Positions 25,941-37,673 of a stretch of 64,000 nucleotides of DNA are shown here, piece after piece (within the stretch, counting starts at the first letter, position 1; each line of letters begins with the position of its first letter). The translations under genes and the position numbers were made by a program. Origin of the DNA: Phyllosticta citribraziliensis (taxonomy: Eukaryota); NCBI RefSeq assembly GCF_038025025.1, contig NW_027117343.1, forward strand, positions 2,108,001-2,172,000. Reading direction: 5' to 3'. The notes below the pieces were generated by a model. It did no database searches. It was given only the letters and a program-made list of their open reading frames with translations, and had not been told where the DNA came from.

Positions 25941-27437
25941 ATGGCATTCAACAACGAAATCGTCCAAGCATGGGTGGCGCCAGACCCATCGCCGCTGACG
26001 ACGAGCGTCGAGTATCTCAGCTACAAGCAGCTCAACGCGGCCGACAAGGAGCGCGTGCACCAGATGGAGGCCGAAGAAAACGGCATCGAGCGGCCGCAGG
26101 GCTACACAGTGTCCTTCCACTACAACCCGGAGGTGGAGCAGCACCACTTTGGCAGCAAACACCCGATGAAGCCATGGCGGCTGCAGCTGACGAAGCAACT
26201 GGTCTTTGGGTACGGTCTACACTATGCCATGGACCTGAATGAGTCGCTACCGGCGTCCATGTCCGAGCTGGCGCGCTTCCACGACAATGACTACCTCAAC
26301 TTTCTGCGCTATATCAAGTCTCCGGCCGACATACAGAAACGCCACCGCGAGGAGCTGAACCGTTACGTCTTCACCGATGAATTCAACGACTGCCCCATCT
26401 TCGACGGCATCTGGGACTACGTGACGTTGTGCACGGGCGCGACGCTCGAGGCGGCACACTCGCTGTCCTCGGGCCAGTCCGATATTGCAATATCGTGGTC
26501 CGGAGGCCTGCACCACGCCAAGAAGCGACAGGCATCGGGGTTCTGCTACGTCAATGACATCGTTCTGGCAATCCAGCACCTGCTGGAAAAGTACGTGCGG
26601 GTGCTCTACATCGACATTGACGTGCACCACGGCGACGGCGTCGAGGCCGCCTTCTTCAACACAGACCGCGTCATGACGCTCTCCTACCACAAGTACGGCG
26701 AGTTCTTCCCCGGCACCGGCGGACCCGACGACACAGGTCCCAAGGGGTACACGGAGCCCGGGGCCTACTTCTCGCTCAACGTGCCGCTCGAAGACGGCAT
26801 CGACGACAAAGACTACGAGTGGCTGTTCCGGCGCATCACGGGGCGCACCATCGAAGTGTACAAGCCGCAAGTCATCGTGCTGCAATGCGGCGCCGACTCG
26901 CTGGGCGGCGACCGGCTGGGCAAATTCAACCTCAACATCAAGGCGCACGGCAAGTGCGTCGAGTTCGTCAAGGCGCACAACCTGCCCATCCTCGTGCTGG
27001 GCGGCGGCGGCTACACGCCGCGCAACGTGGCGCGCACGTGGTGCCACGAGACGGCGCTGTGCGTCGGCGCGACGCTGCACGACGAGCTGCCCAGCTTCAT
27101 CCCCTACCGCCAGGCCTTCGAGGGCCCCTCGCACGGCTCCGGCCTGCTGTACCCGGAGCTCAACATCAAGCGCCTCTCCCACCCCAAGACGTACGAGCGC
27201 CGCGACCTCGAGAACTGCGCCGCCCGCTGCGAGGAGCAGCTGCGCTGCGTCATGCACCACCCGGTCGTCTCCATGGCCCGCTATCCCCAGCTAGGCACCG
27301 TGCTGCGCGCCAAGCAGGAGGTCGACGCTGAGATTCGCGAGGAGCTGGAGGATAGAGGTATTCAGGATGAGGTTAAGCGGCGGAAACAGGAGCGCGCGAC
27401 GGGGCGGCGGGGCGAGTATAGGAGTATTGTGCACTAG
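25941..27437 (+). CDS. HOS2: Class I histone deacetylase, Hos2/HosA type, no intron evident
   Basis: HPMKPWRL (the W is typical of Hos2), [49 protein letters not shown] and GGGGYT, all in one 498-codon ORF. Confidence 0.93.
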   Translation: MAFNNEIVQAWVAPDPSPLTTSVEYLSYKQLNAADKERVHQMEAEENGIERPQGYTVSFHYNPEVEQHHFGSKHPMKPWRLQLTKQLVFGYGLHYAMDLNESLPASMSELARFHDNDYLNFLRYIKSPADIQKRHREELNRYVFTDEFNDCPIFDGIWDYVTLCTGATLEAAHSLSSGQSDIAISWSGGLHHAKKRQASGFCYVNDIVLAIQHLLEKYVRVLYIDIDVHHGDGVEAAFFNTDRVMTLSYHKYGEFFPGTGGPDDTGPKGYTEPGAYFSLNVPLEDGIDDKDYEWLFRRITGRTIEVYKPQVIVLQCGADSLGGDRLGKFNLNIKAHGKCVEFVKAHNLPILVLGGGGYTPRNVARTWCHETALCVGATLHDELPSFIPYRQAFEGPSHGSGLLYPELNIKRLSHPKTYERRDLENCAARCEEQLRCVMHHPVVSMARYPQLGTVLRAKQEVDAEIREELEDRGIQDEVKRRKQERATGRRGEYRSIVH

Positions 27438-29192
27438 AGCCGGCAGAGCAGAGCGGGTTGCTGAAGAAGACGAGTTGCGTGTCGGTTGGCTATAATACAA
27501 ATAATGGAAATTCAAGCAGAGTGCGCCAACGCAGTACCATTCGCAGCATCGACAGTTGCTTCACACTCCATCTGCCTTTCCTCATCGCCGTTCTCCATGC
27601 CGTCCTGTCCGCCTCGACCACCAGATCCGGGGTTTGTGCTTGCTGACAGGTAAGAGGAAGACAGAAAATTAGGGGCGCAAAAGACGGTCCCGATTTTTCA
27701 ATCGGAGAAGAGCCTAGATCCACACTGCTCAGCGTTCGAAAAGGGATACTCGCGCGAGGCCTATTCGAAGAAAGCGTCTCCTCAGAGTAAACATGGGTGA
27801 GCGAAGGTAGCTGGGCTAGTCGAACGAATGAATCAATGTACGAATGATTGAACGAATGAACATTGCAGATATGCCAAGCTCTTCTACTCAATAAGCATCC
27901 CGCTTGCACAAGCTGCGGCTGGAGTGTAGTGTAACTTAGGCAGACGCGGAAGGTTTTGCTTGACCAACCGACAATTCATTCGGTCAAGACGTCTTGAGCT
28001 TGTTTTGCGGCGGGTCACTAGCTGGATGCAAGTATCCAGGCGTGAGACGGATGAATTTGTAGAGAGAAAACATGAATAATGATAAATAGTGCCTTGAGTT
28101 GACCATCAGATCTAAGAAGGGCGGTTTCACCGGTTTCGACAGCCCTGATTGGTTCGAAAACTGGCGCAGAGCTCATGTAGAGAGTACAGTACCTGTTGCA
28201 GACTGGAGCATGTGTTTAAGACACGTTCTTGGCCGTGGCCAGCTCGAGCACGCCACGTCGTCAGCGGGGTCATCTGCAAAGCGCCAAACATGTCGTCTCA
28301 TGTGCACTGTTCCCCTGGTTGGCTTGAAGAGATCGGACATCTGAAAGGACGAGACCGAGTGCGCTGCGGTAGTACGTCCGTACTCTTGTTGGTATGCCTT
28401 GCCGGATGGTGGCCTGGCTGTAGAGGATGGCAGGTAGATGAGGTCGGAACGGACGGAATTTTCCAATGACAACAAACTGGGGTGCGGGCTCGGGAGGGGA
28501 CCAACGGTGGGGGTGGAGAAGGTGGTGGACTTTGTGCAGCTCTATAAGCAGCCTCGCGTGGTGGCCATAGCTCCAGGATGTACAAGACCCTTGCAGGCTG
28601 GCATCTGGGATGTTGGTAAGCAAAACGCTCTGAGCTGTGAGCCTTCGAATGGCGCCAGACAGGCAGGAGAAAAGTCTGGCGTGCTTGTTTCTCCCCGGAG
28701 CACGCGTTCACACAGCAGAGGACTCAGCGCGGCAAGGTTGGTGCCCCTGGGATCATCTCTGCCGCTCAAACATGCAATCTTGCAGCAGGTGGCCCACGCT
28801 TGCTGTGTGGTTCCCGGCGCCGGGCTCGCGCTAGTGCGCTTTCTGCCCGTGGGCCGATGCTGCTACTGGATGGCCTGTCAGCTTGGTGAGTGGCAGGGCC
28901 GTTGTTTTGAGCGCCAGCCCTCGCGCTTCGCGAATTGAAGCCTGGCGCAAAAAGTCGCGCTATCGGGGAGCATCCGGTTGCGTTGGGTCGTTGGCACATG
29001 GCTCGATTTGTTTTGGTCAGGCACCTGGCACTGGAACGGCTTGAGTCAATGTGCAGGCACTAGGCGTGGGAGTACGAGAAGGGAGAAACTAAAAGGCGGG
29101 ACTGGCGAATGAAAGGTGGGAGAGAATTGTGCACAGCAGCATTGCGGTGCGCCTCGAGTGCGGGCGACAATTGGCCATGGGCGGTAGTGAGT

Positions 29193-29838
29193 TGACGTAG
29201 TGGTGAAGATCAGGAATGGTAGCATGGCAAAGCAAGCGCAGCGCATGCCGGTACAGAGCTGAGCCGAACGTCAAGTCTCACGTCACCAGCTCTCAGGACC
29301 TCACGAACTTGGCGGGAGCAGGACTGAGGCGAGGCGAGGCGAAGAGAACCAGTGACATTGGGCTTGTATGGATGATCCTTGCCGTTTCAACCAGTCTGAC
29401 GACAGAGGATCGGATGCCCGGGCAGCAAAGACGAGCGACAGGACCCTTGGTTTGGATGCCAGGAATGCAGCGAGGACGTCACCCTCATGATGCCACCATG
29501 CATCGGACCGAGATGAGGCCCAACAGCCACGGGCTCGAAGGAGACAACGGCGGGCGACGGGCGGTAAGGGGGATGAGGGAGTGAAGAGAGAGAAAAGAAA
29601 GCGGTGACGTGTTTGACTGCGGGTGGCGGTATCCGGTTCACCTCAGTTGGCGAAGGAGCTGGCTGGCGCGGACGGCGAGTGGGAGCATTCGGTTCAGGTG
29701 GCACGGGTGGAAGACTGGAGGTGGTGCGGTGCGGTGGTGGAGCTGAGGCGTTGAGGAAGTTGACTGGGGAAGGAATATTTGGCCTCTGCTTCACTTCAGG
29801 GACCTGACCTCATGTGGAGAGGCATGGGCTTACGTCAT
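29193..29838. promoter_or_regulatory. Cluster of CRE/ATF-type TGACGT sites upstream of SRK1
   Basis: TGACGT or ACGTCA at 29193, 29268, 29280, 29476, 29605 and 29832. The last lies within TTACGTCAT, whose reverse complement is ATGACGTAA. Confidence 0.55.
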
Positions 29839-29993
29839 GCAGGTCCATCACGTCCGGGTGTCTTTTACTGCCCACTGCCCGCTGCCCGCTACCTGGCCTT
29901 CCTTGGATCCGTCCGCCTGGGGAATGGACGAATGCAAATGGCAAATGTCCATGAATTGTAGCTTCATGTACACCTCTCCCCTCTGGCCAGTCG

Positions 29994-29994
<1 letters not shown>

Positions 29995-30027
<33 letters not shown>
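29995..30027. repeat. (CCG)11 microsatellite
   Basis: Read directly; lies in the SRK1 upstream region. Confidence 0.9.
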
Positions 30028-30028
<1 letters not shown>

Positions 30029-30757
30029 CGCTTTGTGGCGTCCACAGGTACCACTACACTGCTCTTGTGGTAAAAGGGCAATACCTGATAATCCAGTGCT
30101 CCCTCCTGGCCGGAGCCAGACGTAGATATGACTTATGACTTGTGCCCATCTCCCGCCCGCCCGTCGCCCGTCTCTTATGCTTGCCAGGCCCCCAGAGAGC
30201 CGCATCAACAACACCACCTCATCCTTCTTTTGCCTCTCGTGCCGCCAGCGTGTTGCGCTTCCGCCGTCTTACCTTAGCACCCGCTGCACCGCCTCACGCC
30301 AGCTGCTTTTGCCTTGCTGCGGCTCTCGCCCGACCCCCAAACTGAAGTCAGTGAAACGGAGCAAAAGAGGCAGACAACATGCCGATGATCGAGGTGAGAA
30401 TAATCCTGCTTCAGCCCACGCCGTGCGGAGGGCGTCTTGGTGCCCGGACGACCTGGATCTGGAGGGGTGCGGACCAAGACCAAGACGGTGCTCGCTGCCA
30501 CCCGAAACGCGCGCCCTGCCTGGAAGACCTATGTCATAGGCCCTCCGCCCACTCGTCATACCCTTCCCTCAAGACGACCCTCAGCCGTCCTCTCTCTTCC
30601 ACTCCTCCATCACCACCGCCCGACTTCTCTTTGTCTCCGCTCCTGTCACCCCCTCACCGCTCCCTCGCCGTCTTCTTTCGCTCCACACTGCCCGACGACG
30701 CCCTGTCCTGTCATCTTGCTCGGCCTAGTCCTTCACCTCCACCTCCACACACTAAAC

Positions 30758-33050
30758 ATGGCCACGATACAGAACTTCAAAAACTTCCTGCGCCATGGGA
30801 AGCAGGCTCGCGCCGCCCACTCGCCTCATGGCGAGCCTACCACCAACGTCTCCCCCGTCCACGCCCACCAGCAGCAGCAGCGCAACTACGCACCAGCCCC
30901 CGCCGGCGACCACGCCTATGCCGTGAGCGATCCCAATTTTGTCGAACACAAGCCGTTGCAACAAGCGCACGTTCCGCAGGCAGATTACTCAGCTGCCGCT
31001 GTCAACAACCAGAATGTCGCAGCTCGCGCAGGTGACGCTGCTGCACGAGCCGCTGGAGATCACCACAAAGCAAAAGCTGCCGCCAAAGAGAAAAAGGGCA
31101 ACTACGACCCCTCGGTGCTCGAGCGCATCGTCGCCGAGGAACGCGAGAGCAAAGGCAAGATGCCAAGATACCCCGGCCTCGACCGATGGATATTGGTCGA
31201 GAAAATGGGCGACGGCGCCTTTAGCAACGTCTACCGCGCAAAGGACAGCCAGGGCCAATACCCCGAATGTGCCATCAAAGTCGTCCGAAAGTTTGAGATG
31301 AATGCCAACCAGGTATGTGGCCGTCTTGTTTCCGTTTTTCCTCCAGGTCGTCCGTCGCTAGTGCGTCCAATTGTCGGTGTGTTTGCTGCGCATTCTGTCG
31401 TCATCCCTTTGCAACTTGGTGCCAACGTGGTGGTGGCTTAGGGCGACAAACACCTTCATCCGGATGTCAAAAAGGTCCCCAAGACCGTGGAGGTGCGCAT
31501 ACCACTGACTTGAGCGTGCTGGCGGTTGAGGACACGCATCCCCACCCCCTCCATATGTGTCTCCTCTGGCACGGGCTGACTTGTTCGCGCAGAGAGCAAA
31601 CATTCTCAAGGAGGTCCAAATCATGCGGCAGCTGGACCATCCAAACATTGTCAAGCTCGTCGACTTTTCAGAGTCGAGTCAGTACTACTACATTGTCCTC
31701 GAACTATGCCCTGGCGGAGAGCTTTTCCACCAAATAGTACGCCTCACGTACTTTAGCGAAAACCTGTCACGTCACGTCATCGTCCAGGTCGCAAAGGCAC
31801 TAGAGTACCTGCACGAGGAGGCCGGAGTCGTCCATCGGTTCGTCATGCTTCCTGCTTTGTCCCTTGGCTCGTCTCCACGATGGTACTGACGTCATGCCTC
31901 TAGTGACATCAAGCCTGAGAACCTCTTGTTTTACCCAGCACCCTTCATCCCCACAAAGAACCCCAAGCCCAAGTCTTCTGACGAGGAAGACAAGGCGGAC
32001 GAGGGTGAGTACATCAAGGGTGTTGGTGCAGGCGGCATCGGCACCATCAAGATTGCCGACTTTGGCTTGTCCAAGGTTATCTGGGACAGCCAAACGATGA
32101 CGCCATGCGGCACCGTTGGTTACACGGCTCCCGAGATCGTCAAGGATGAGCGCTATTCCAAGAGCGTCGACATGTGGGCCCTTGGCTGCGTGCTCTACAC
32201 GCTCCTGTGTGGCTTTCCTCCCTTTTACGACGAGAGCATCCAGACTCTTACCGAAAAGGTCGCGCGGGGACAGTACACGTTCCTGTCGCCATGGTGGGAC
32301 GACATTTCCAAGCCGGCTCAGGATCTCGTGTCGCACTTGTTGACCGTGGATCCCGAAAAGCGCTATGATATCAAGCAATTCCTCAACCATCCCTGGATCC
32401 GCGAGTCGGAGGAAGAGACTCACGCAGCCGCCGATGCGCCCCCGCTCGCGACGCCGCTCCAGAAGCAGCCGCCTGCAGCATCAAACATCCCCCCGGCCCA
32501 ACTTGCATACCTAGACGACATTCCCAGCGCCGGTGGCCGGCGGATGGACTTCCGCTCGCCTGGTGCCGTCAACCTGCGCGAAGTCTTTGACGTGAGTTAT
32601 GCCGTGCATAGACAGGAGGAAGAGGGCAAGCGCCGCAAGAACTTCAAGCAAGGGTACCGCGGTGCCAACCCCATGAATAGCCTCAACGCCCTGGACGAAG
32701 AAGACTTGTACGAGGAAGAGGAGGAAGCCCAAAGCGCACCATACAACGCCAATGCCACTGACCTGCCCGCCAAGCTGCCTAAGAGCCAGGCTGCCGACGT
32801 TAGCTCCATGGAGCAAAAGATGAAAAACACATCGCTTAGCGCGGCGGCGCAAGCACGGCAGCAAGCAACCAGCGCGGGCCAGCGAGGATATGGGCAGCAC
32901 TCTCCAAGTGTCGCAGCCGCTGCAAAGCGCCAGGTGCGCAGCAAGGGACCCTTTGAACTGAGCCTCGACAATGCGACGCTCCTAGGCAGGCGGCAGCGAA
33001 AGCCGGAGCCTAGCAGCTTGCGTGAACAAGTCGCGGCAACAGGTCCTTGA
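30758..33050 (+). CDS. SRK1: CAMK-family MAPK-activated protein kinase Srk1/Rck2
   Basis: N-terminus MATIQNFKNFLRHGKQA, then GDGAFSNV, AIKVV, HRDIKPEN, DFG and TPCGTVGYTAPE. Introns 31313-31441, 31493-31592 and 31838-31903, with a 51-nt internal exon at 31442-31492. Confidence 0.93.
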
Positions 33051-34624
33051 GCACAAATCCCAGGCATCGACATTCCTTTGACACAACTCCACTCTCTCGT
33101 ATAGTCTTCCATCATCGCTTGGGTAGACGAGGATCGACCAGCTATCCAGCGTCCAACAGACAGACGCACAGCTAGCTACCTGCATGTGCACGAGCTCGAC
33201 AGACGAGTTGTTTTCTTCTCTAGAGCACTGCCTGCGAAGGCTTTGCTTGCCTCAAGTTCCACCACCCAATTGCGATAGACGAACACACCACAAGTATTCT
33301 CAGAAGAGCCTGCTGCCTCAATGTTTGGAGCATGCAGAATCTCAGACCAGGCAGTAACACAGGTGGAAACGGAATAGGATCGATACTCCCACTCTTCTTT
33401 TTCTTCTCCCTTCTCCAACTCCAGTGCGGGTTCTCATCACACATTCGTGATGCGGCTAGGCAAGGCAAGGACACGGCGCCCTCTCTTTTTCCTCTCTTTC
33501 CATGTTTTCCCTTTTTGCCCTCCTTTTGTTGCTTTTGTGGTTTCAGCAGCGAGTCCCCCCCTTTTTTCTCTTTTTTTGATTCATGAGAGACTACTACGGC
33601 GATTTCATGGAGCATGAGGATGATGAGCGGCTGGTGAGGGCAGAGCAAAGTGTCGGTAGACAGTAAGAATGAAGGACGGAAGTAGTTGATTCTCTTCTGC
33701 CTGCTGTACGAATTTGAGTGACATGCTCCGTGACAAGCAGGAACACCGTGGGTGTTGGCAGAATGAGACTTGCTGGTCTTTTCGCGTTGATGAATGACAG
33801 CTCTTACGGCGGGATTGACGCTCCCTAGCTTCCTTCATCCGCGCATTTTCAAGTGCTTAGGCGCAGCCACAGTGCCAGGAGCGACTTTCTTGATTCAATC
33901 CCCAGCGATCATGAGATTTTCCAATACATGTATACTGTACACATATACCTCGACGGGGTTTACCATCTGGCTTGCCTCGCAACACTACATCAGCAGGCGG
34001 GCAACAAACAGGCGGGGATTTGTCAGATGCGGGGTTGACACACGCTACTAGCAGCAAGGCTATACCGCATTTCGTCTCGAGTCCCTTGGGGCTACCAGGA
34101 GGATGAGGGCAGCGGCGAAATCCATGACGCCATCGGCGCAATGGAGCAATCCGATAGCGAAATGGTGGTGCAATTGATGGAGCTGAGTCAGTGCGCGCGG
34201 GCGTGCGGGCGTGCGTGCGTGCGGCAAAAAGCTATATACCTTGGTCTACGACTTCTCTTCGCCGACCACTTTTCCGCTCTTCACCTGCTCATTGCACTCT
34301 GCTGAATTGCGCATTGGAAACAGCTTCCTAGTCTGTCAAATTTGAGACTACGCGGGATTCGCAGATCAAACGTCTGGACGTCTCGGCCGCGGGCTCCAGT
34401 TCTGTCGCCACCACCCGACTGCTCTGCCTCTCTATCCGCCGACGCCGAACTGTACCGCGACAACGACGACGACAGCGACGCCTTCGAACAGATCTAGATC
34501 TAGATCTTTCGCCCCCTCCTCCGGTCTCGCTCTCTCTGTTCTCGTCTTCTTGTCTTCTCTCGCCTTGGCCGTGTACCTCGCCACCTCCACCTCCACCACC
34601 ACCAGCACAACCACCACCACAACC

Positions 34625-35380
34625 ATGACATCAACACTCTTCTCGCGTCTCATGCGGCCCTTCTCGTCGACGGGCGGCTCGTTGCGCGTCGTCGAAAATG
34701 GCAGTGGCGGCACTGACACCAAGTACGAAATCGCGACGGTGGCCGCCGGCTGCTTCTGGGGCGTCGAGCACAAGTACAGACACACGTTCCAGGGCAAAGG
34801 GCTACTGGACGCCAAAGTCGGGTACACGGGGGGCAACACGGAGGACCCGAACTATCGCGCCGTGTGCGGCGGGCGGACGGGGCGTACGTCTTTCTCTTTC
34901 CTTCTCACTCTGCCTCTGCCTCGCTTCATGCTCCTCCTCCTCCCTTTCCAAAACGCCTTTGAACCCGATTGACGGGCGCTTGACTGACAAAAACTCGCCA
35001 TCACAGACGCCGAAGCCCTCCAACTAACCTACGACCCCACCCGCCTCTCCTACCGCACGCTGCTCGAATACTTCTACCGCATCCACGACCCGACGACGCT
35101 CAACGCGCAAGGCCCCGACACGGGCCCGCAGTACCGCAGCGCCATCTTCACGCACTCGGCCGAGCAGGAGGCCGTCGCGCGCGACGTCACGGCGCGCGCC
35201 AACGCCGAGTGGTGGGGCGGCAAGATCGTCACGGACGTCGTCCCTGCGGGCAGGTGGTGGGGCGCCGAGGAGTACCATCAGTTGTATTTGGATAAGAACC
35301 CTGGCGGGTATGAGTGTCCGACGCATTTTGAGCGGAAGCTGGCGCCGTTGAGCAGGCCGGAGGGCGAGAGTCAGCTGTGA
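34625..35380 (+). CDS. msrA: Peptide methionine sulfoxide reductase A
   Basis: AAGCFWGVE active site, VGYTGG, TG/HAE, HDPTTLNAQGPDTGPQYRSAIF and AEEYHQLYL..GYEC. Intron 34884-35006. Ends ...GESQL*. Confidence 0.95.
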
Positions 35381-35708
35381 TTGTGGAAAGAGGCGCGGGA
35401 AAGGTTTTTTTTGTTTTGGAAGGAGCATTGTTGTCATATCGAGGACCGGATTGCTGGATGCAGCATCAACGCTTTCCGTCCGGGAAACGTGGAGGGTGCA
35501 ATGGCAACAATTGGGGAGAAGGGTTTAAAGGTCCGGCGCATGCGCGCTCGACGTTGCACAGGAGGTGAAAGAAAAGACATCAATTTGCTAGCAAACGCAT
35601 CATCACCGGTGGCTTCAGCGCTCCACTCCACGTCCGTTCAAGTCGCCTCTACGCCTTCAACTCCGCATCGTCCCCTCTCCCCCCACCGTGACTCCCGTCT
35701 CCCCTCCC

Positions 35709-36207
35709 TTACTCCGGCGGCAAAGTCTCAAAAGTCTCGGCAACCTCCTTAACCCAGCCCCACCGCACCTTCCCAAAGATCTCGGCCGCCGGCTCAAACT
35801 TCTCGGCTCCCTCCAACAGCCCGGTCCGGAGCACGATCTTGTCGTCGCCCATGACCGTCTGGTGGTGATACGGGTGCGTCGTGCAGTTGGGGCAGTAGTA
35901 GCAGTGCACGGGGCTACCGCTCTCGCCGGCGTACGTGTATTTTTTGAGGGATTCGCCGCCGGACGTGAAGGTGAGGGCGGACTTGGGGATGATTTGGTTG
36001 AGCGTGTAGGTGCTGCCGCTGAGAGACTTGCAGGTGTTGCAGTGGCTGTGTGGGGGCGTGGTTAGTGAGGGTTTTGGTGTGGGGGTGTGTGGAGGAGAGA
36101 AGAGAGAGGGAGGCGACGCACCAAAGAATATGCTTCGCCTGGTCCGGCTCGAGCTTGACATCCCACTTCGTCTGCCCGCAGGCGCACTGGCCGTGGTACG
36201 TCGTCAT
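35709..36207 (-). CDS. GFA / CENP-V (Mss4-like) zinc-binding protein, glutathione-dependent formaldehyde-activating family
   Basis: GQCACG, C/HCNTCK across intron 36046-36121, and YCPNC give the GFA cysteine pattern. Confidence 0.9.
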
Positions 36208-37673
36208 GACTGCAGCGGCTATGGAGGCGGTCGTCGAGGGCGGTCGTGGCGCCGAGGGAGCTGTCATTAATTCTCTCAGTCTGAGTCGACAACAGACAGG
36301 TCGATTTGGAGATGAGAGGGTTGGACGAGTTGAGAGTGAAAGATGAATGGTGGAGTGTCAAAGGAGGGCGAGAGGGCGGGCTAGTCTGCTCACTTTATCA
36401 ACGGCGAACAATGGATGAGCTGGCTGCTGCGCTGGCTGCTGTCCGTACGCAAGGTGAGAAAGGAACCCGAGGCGGCGGTCGAGTCTGCTGCACGGGATGG
36501 GATGGGATGAGCAGAACGTAAACGGCCCCGTCGAATCAATCAATCAATTAGGCTGACAGGATGCGAAGCAGATTGATTGATTGCCAGGCTTTCAATTGTG
36601 AGAGAAAGAAGACGGGAGAGTGGGCAGCGGGCCAACGTTGTTATATGTAGACGACAACAACGACAACGATGGACCCTCCCTCCCGAGCTGGCTACGTAAG
36701 GTAGCTGTCAAGCTCCCTTCCAGCCCTCTCTTTCTTTCTTTCTCTCCCATCCACACCTCAACATCTCCAGCTCCGACGCTTCCGCGCTCACTGACCCACC
36801 CACGCCCCCAGGCGAGGCGCTCTGTTTTCCAAATACTCGCCGTACACCCATCTGTCGCTGACGGGACGTCAACGAAGAACGACTGCTGTGTGGAGCGCCT
36901 GCAGCGGCAGCAGCAGAGCCAGCCAGCAGCCCCGCCATGATGTCAGAAGCCGTGCGGGGCAGCGGCGCCAATCGACGGCTGGGTCTGATTGACGCACCGC
37001 ATGCTTGCATGCAAGGGCCATGAGTTCTGCTCGTTCGATAACGGCGAGCTGTGCTTTTCGTTGGCTGATGGTGGTGGCGTCCCCCGGTCATCCTACATAA
37101 ATTCAATTCCAAATTTCTTCTCTCCCCCCGCGTCGGTGGTTTGAGTCGTTGCCAGTTTTGCTGACGATTCGATTGATGATGCGTTCTAGGCTTGCTTGTT
37201 TTCGCATGTTGGTGTCGTGTGGCGTGTGCAAAGCGGGAGGAATATTCCAAATACCCCATTTTCCATTCTTATGTTTTGATAGTGAGCTATGAACAAATTC
37301 GTCTGCCTGGCTGGCCCTCCCCAGTTCTCGGTGCTTGCCCTGATTTTCTGTACTGCGCATTCGAAAGCGTATTGACATGCGTGGATGAGATTTCAGCTGC
37401 TCTTCATCGCCATGCGGAGTATGCTGAACGCTTGATCGTTCAAAGCAAAAGCCATGCCACGCACTGCTTGTTCGCTGGAATTGTGACATGATATGAATGC
37501 TCCTGGTGTCTGCCAACGCATTCGACAGAACATCACCCCAGCAGAAGACCGGACGGGATGAGTCTGGCGGGAACAAAGAGACGAGAAGAACGAGGGCTCG
37601 AAGGTAGGCAAATTGTGTTGTTATTTTTCTCGTGTATACCACTCCCTGGCAGATAAACCCCCTCACATCGCCC

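Noticed and set aside
26247..27260. 337-aa antisense ORF over HOS2, and similar ones at 37632-38942, 43278-44198, 47055-47855 and 58324-59661
   Set aside because: These are shadow ORFs produced by high GC3 on the coding strand, with no recognisable motifs.
25941..27437. Intronless, somewhat divergent HOS2 as a retrogene or HDAC-inhibitor resistance copy
   Set aside because: Catalytic motifs are intact and it resembles ordinary Dothideomycete Hos2. There is no poly(A) relic, no target-site duplication and no NRPS/PKS gene in the window.
27440..29100. Possible gene or relic between HOS2 and SRK1 (e.g. 28438-28938)
   Set aside because: I could not recognise any motif or build a spliced model; treated as intergenic.
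30075..30105. CCTGATAATCCAG as part of a TPP riboswitch
   Set aside because: It lacks the CUGAGA element and the required stems, and the neighbouring gene is not thiamine-related.
34490..34507. Perfect 18-bp palindrome AGATCTAGATCTAGATCT in the msrA leader
   Set aside because: It is a tandem triplication of the self-complementary hexamer AGATCT, so slippage explains it.
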